Positions 59,715 to 64,000 of a stretch of DNA of 64,000 nucleotides are shown here, in pieces. Made by a program: the position numbers and the translations under genes. Origin of the DNA: Eledone cirrhosa (Eukaryota); the NCBI GenBank assembly GCA_964016885.1, contig OZ024751.1:52638001-52702000 (forward strand), in the 5' to 3' direction. Every line of letters begins with the position of its first letter. Within the stretch, counting starts at the first letter, position 1. The notes under the pieces were generated by a model. The model saw only the letters and a list, made by a program, of their open reading frames with translations. It did no database searches and was not told where the DNA came from.

Positions 59715-59775
59715 CATATATATATATATATACATACATATATATATATACACATACATATATATATATACATAC

Positions 59776-59808
<33 letters not shown>

Positions 59809-59870
59809 CATACATATATATATATACACATACATATATATACACATACATATATATATATATACACATA

Positions 59871-59956
<86 letters not shown>

Positions 59957-60176
59957 TATGTGTATATATATATATATGTATGTGTATATATATGTATGTG
60001 TATATATATATAAATGTATGTATATATATATATGTATGTGTATATATATATATGTATGTATATATATATATATATATGTATGTATATATATATATATATA
60101 TATATGTATATGTATATATATATATATGTATGTATATATATATATGTATGTATATATATATATATATGTATGTATA

Positions 60177-63100
60177 TCATCATCATCATTTTACGTCTGC
60201 TTTTCCCTGCTTGCAAGGGTGGGACGGGTCTTATTCAGCACAGCATCTCTCCACTCGTCACGGTCTCTCGTCATCTCCACCGTGAGCTTCAATGATCTGA
60301 GGTCTGTTCTCACCACCTCCGCCCATGTTTTTCGTGGTCTACCTCTACCACGTCTTCCTTCAACTGGCAATTCCTGGCACTTCTTCACCCATCGGTCATC
60401 CTCCATGCACATCACATGTCCATACCACCTCAGTCTCCTCTCCCGTACACTACATTCTATCCCTCTCAGACACAGTTTCTCTCTCAACACATTTATGCTG
60501 GGTCGTTCACGCACATTTACACTGCACATCCAACGGAGCATGCTTGCCTCATTTCTCTCCAGCCGTCGCATATCCTCTGCAGTTGCTGCCCATGTCTCAC
60601 TACCATGCAGCATCGCGCTCCTCACACGGGCATCATACAACCGGCCTTTCGTACGCAGGGAGAAACCCTTCTTCGTCAACAGAGGAAGCAGCTCCCTAAA
60701 CTTCTTCCAACCCGTCCTTATTCTAGATACTATGGCCTCAGAACACCCTCCTCGCATGCTAATCTGATCTCCTAGGTACCGGAAGTTATCCACCACTTCT
60801 ATAGCGCCCTCTTGCATTTGAAAAATGTGTCTATCAGTGCGACTTCTACTGTCTAATTTCCCTGTACATCTACTGCATACATATTTCTCCCTACCTGTTA
60901 GTTTGCCTGCTATCCCGCTACATCTCTTGTGTACCCAGGATCTGCATTGTGTGCATTTTATAGAATTTATGCCAGTTCCTTTTCTGCATATCGAACATGG
61001 CCATTTCCCTGACGGAATCAGGGTTTTGTCCTCTTTTCTACTCATCAACACTTTTGTCTTAGCTAGATTCACTCTCAGTCCTCTTGCTTCCAACCGCTGT
61101 TTCCATAGCCAGAATTTATTCTCTAGCTCCTCTACTGATTCTGCTATAAGAACCAGATCGTCAGCGTAGAGAAGTTCCCATGGACAGCCAGTCTTAAACT
61201 CCTCTGTTATGGCTTGGAGGACTATAATGAACAAGAGCGGGCTGAGGACCGAGCCCTGATGTACTCCTACTTGTATCTGGAATTCCTCACTAAACTCCAT
61301 TCCTACCCTGACTTTACTGAGAGTACCTCTGTACAAAGTTTGCACTGTCCTCACAAGCCATTCCTCAACACCTAGCTTCCTTAGGGACCACCAGATGACA
61401 GATCGGGGTACCCTATCAAAGGCCTTCTCTAGGTCAACAAAGGCTAAGTATAGTGGCTTATTCTTCTCTAAGAACCTCTCTTGCAATTGTCTCACCAAGA
61501 AGAGGGCATCTGTTGTACTCTTCCCAGGCACAAAACCAAACTGCATCTCATCTAGTTTGACCCTTTCTCTAATTAGTTGTGCTAAAATCCTTTCTGCCTC
61601 TTTCATAACCTGATCTATCAGTTTTATACCCCTATAATTGCTCCTCTCCAAAGCATCCCCTTTACCTTTGTAGCAATTTATGAAAATACTGCTGCACCAG
61701 TCTTTGGGTATGACACCACCATATATAGCCTGATTGATGATGCGTGCAACCAGTTTAGTGCCTACGTCCCCTGATGCCTTCAGCATCTCAGCAACTATTC
61801 CCGATGGTCCGGCAGCCTTACCATTTTTCATTTCCCTAATCGCCTCTTGGATCCTATATTCGTCAATCTCAATAGCTGGTCCCTCTGTCGGATACACCAA
61901 TGGTAATTTCTCTCTCTCCCATTCGTTCTCCACATTCATCAGTTTCTCATAATGACATTTCCAGGCCTTCTTTTTCTGATCATTCGTGACACTAAGTACA
62001 CCGGCATCATCCCAGACGCATTTATCTCCAACAACATCCTGATTTGCATTGACACACTGCCTTGCAATGTAGAACACCGCACGCCTCTGATCTTCCCGTC
62101 GCAGAACATTGGCAAACCTCCTACTCTCTGCCTCCCTGCGTGCTAAGTACACCTGACGTCTAGCTTCTCTCTTAGTGGCTGTATATTCTTCCCTACTCCC
62201 ACCCTTTTTCCAAGCCTTCCATGCTAGTCTTTTGTCTCTAATAGTCTTATCTACTGTGCTTTTCCACCACCAGGTCACTCTCTGTCTGGTTGGAGCTCTG
62301 CTCCAGCCACAGGTTTCATCAGTAGCCTGCAGCAAGTTGTCACGTAAGAAATTCCAGTTATTATCTATGTCATACGTCTCTAAATCGTCTTCTTTTTCGT
62401 CATATACATCTTGAAGGGCTTTCCTAAATTTGTATTTTAGTGAAAGGTCTTTTAGCTTCCAGACCTTTCTTCTCCACACCTTCCTATATGTCTCATTCCA
62501 TCTCTTGCTTACTGAGATATCACTAACAACTAACCTATGCTGTGGGGTACATTCTTCCCCAGGGTATGCCTTGGTATTAGACACTATCTGCTTGTCCCGC
62601 TTCCTAACTAGCAGGAAGTCAATCTGCTCACCAGATTTGTAGGTTATTAGGTGATTGGCAGGTTTCTGGAAGTTTGTGTTGCAAATAGTCAATGTACCCG
62701 CATCACAAAATTCAAGAAGTCTCACTCCTTGCTCATTTCTTGAACCGTAACCGTGCCCACCATGTACCCCAGTGTAACCATCCTGGAGCTGTCCAACATG
62801 ACCATTGAAGTCTCCTGCTAGCATAACAATGTCTCCGTCCTCTGTCATTGCGGTTGTTTGCAAAAATTGCTCATAATAGCAGTCTTTCTCATCTTTGCCT
62901 AGGCCTGCTTGGGGAGCATAGACCGAGATGATTGTCACTAGTCTCCTACCTACAACTAATCTAAGCTTAATTATTCGATTACTAACTCGAACTACCTCTA
63001 TTGTCTTATTGATCCATTTCTCAGCCAGGAAAATGCCTACTCCCCCTAGCCCATCATCCTTACCTACCCAGAATAGCTTATAGCTAAGACGCTTGCCTAC

Positions 63101-63443
63101 GACTAGTCTCGCAGAGGCACCTCTCCATCTCACCTCTTGCACGCAGCACACATCCACCTGCCTTCTCTCCAGCATCTCCGCTATTTCAGCAGATCTACCT
63201 CTGAGAGTGCCAACATTAAGTGTTGCAACTCTGAGATGCGATGTCTTCATATTTTGTTGTTGTTCCTATTTGTTGCTGTGCTGATAAGAGTTTTGGCATT
63301 GATACACTGGTTGGATGCCCTTCCTAATACCAGCGCCACTTTACAGCATGGACTGGGGCTTTTATTTGTGCCACCAGCACTAGAGAGGATGTCTTACTAG
63401 ACTCAAGGGCCCTCTCTACCCCTCCATTTTATAGCATGGTCAT
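60177..63443 (-). mobile_element. RTE family A, full-length copy
   Basis: 5' UTR with ttaggaagggcatcc motif, intact ORF, (GAT)n tail; 5' boundary uncertain. Confidence 0.94.
60191..63250 (-). CDS. RTE ORF (1019 aa): APE endonuclease + RT + PHD-like finger
   Basis: ATLNVGT, CVQEVRW, GDFNGH, QIDFLL, QHRL; [33 protein letters not shown]; uninterrupted. Confidence 0.96.
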   Translation of the reverse strand: MKTSHLRVATLNVGTLRGRSAEIAEMLERRQVDVCCVQEVRWRGASARLVVGKRLSYKLFWVGKDDGLGGVGIFLAEKWINKTIEVVRVSNRIIKLRLVVGRRLVTIISVYAPQAGLGKDEKDCYYEQFLQTTAMTEDGDIVMLAGDFNGHVGQLQDGYTGVHGGHGYGSRNEQGVRLLEFCDAGTLTICNTNFQKPANHLITYKSGEQIDFLLVRKRDKQIVSNTKAYPGEECTPQHRLVVSDISVSKRWNETYRKVWRRKVWKLKDLSLKYKFRKALQDVYDEKEDDLETYDIDNNWNFLRDNLLQATDETCGWSRAPTRQRVTWWWKSTVDKTIRDKRLAWKAWKKGGSREEYTATKREARRQVYLARREAESRRFANVLRREDQRRAVFYIARQCVNANQDVVGDKCVWDDAGVLSVTNDQKKKAWKCHYEKLMNVENEWEREKLPLVYPTEGPAIEIDEYRIQEAIREMKNGKAAGPSGIVAEMLKASGDVGTKLVARIINQAIYGGVIPKDWCSSIFINCYKGKGDALERSNYRGIKLIDQVMKEAERILAQLIRERVKLDEMQFGFVPGKSTTDALFLVRQLQERFLEKNKPLYLAFVDLEKAFDRVPRSVIWWSLRKLGVEEWLVRTVQTLYRGTLSKVRVGMEFSEEFQIQVGVHQGSVLSPLLFIIVLQAITEEFKTGCPWELLYADDLVLIAESVEELENKFWLWKQRLEARGLRVNLAKTKVLMSRKEDKTLIPSGKWPCSICRKGTGINSIKCTQCRSWVHKRCSGIAGKLTGREKYVCSRCTGKLDSRSRTDRHIFQMQEGAIEVVDNFRYLGDQISMRGGCSEAIVSRIRTGWKKFRELLPLLTKKGFSLRTKGRLYDARVRSAMLHGSETWAATAEDMRRLERNEASMLRWMCSVNVRERPSINVLREKLCLRGIECSVRERRLRWYGHVMCMEDDRWVKKCQELPVEGRRGRGRPRKTWAEVVRTDLRSLKLTVEMTRDRDEWRDAVLNKTRPTLASREKQT

Positions 63444-63750
63444 AAAAAAAAAAAAAAAAAAAACTTATTGACACGACGCACACACAAACACTCACACACC
63501 AACTCTCATGCATACAAACCACAACCACACACACGCCACTCACATACCAACACTCATTCATGCATACAATCACACACACCACTCACAAACACACATATAT
63601 ATACATATATTACCGACAGTACTGATACAAATACAAAATCAAAATCAAAATCATCAAAATCAATATTATGTCAACTGTTGACCTTTCCCAGTCCAGTTCA
63701 GCTTGTATATAATAACAATAATAATAATTGTTTGCTTTACGCCGGTAATG

Positions 63751-63805
<55 letters not shown>

Positions 63806-63822
63806 GTATATATAGACATATA

Positions 63823-63871
<49 letters not shown>

Positions 63872-63886
63872 GTATATGTATATATG

Positions 63887-63919
<33 letters not shown>

Positions 63920-63922
63920 GTA

Positions 63923-63967
<45 letters not shown>

Positions 63968-64000
63968 ATATATATATATGTATGTATATATATATATATG

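Noticed and set aside
60325-63400. Antisense ORFs over RTE and CR1 coding regions
   Set aside because: Shadow frames of the real ORFs; they recur only because the elements are repeated

Overview
Eukaryotic, gene-free window. It is probably cephalopod (Octopus-like), inferred only from recognisable LINE/SINE terminal motifs. Roughly half of it is a (TA)n microsatellite with G interruptions almost all on the + strand, and the many YIYI.. ORFs in the track are artefacts of it. Nearly every non-TA island is a retroelement inserted into the TA tract. There are about five RTE-clade lineages, two with essentially intact ~1000-aa APE-RT ORFs (53.8-56.9 kb and 60.2-63.3 kb). There are two CR1-group LINE families with CCCH zinc-finger ORF1s, and at least four Penelope-like element (PLE) families with GIY-YIG remnants. 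By eye I find 18 hammerhead ribozyme (HHR) motifs from 8 sequence families, plus a degenerate pair. Many sit in fold-back mini-elements, two families carry a compensatory U3:A8 core, and one lies in a 595-bp non-coding tandem, circularly permuted (retrozyme-like) unit. Both CR1-group families have an AUG-less ORF2 start region and a U_UUU_UUA slippery heptamer in the ORF1 frame. One is followed by a predicted pseudoknot, suggesting programmed -1 frameshifting in a non-LTR retrotransposon. All coordinates and folds were read by eye; boundaries are approximate to a few bases.
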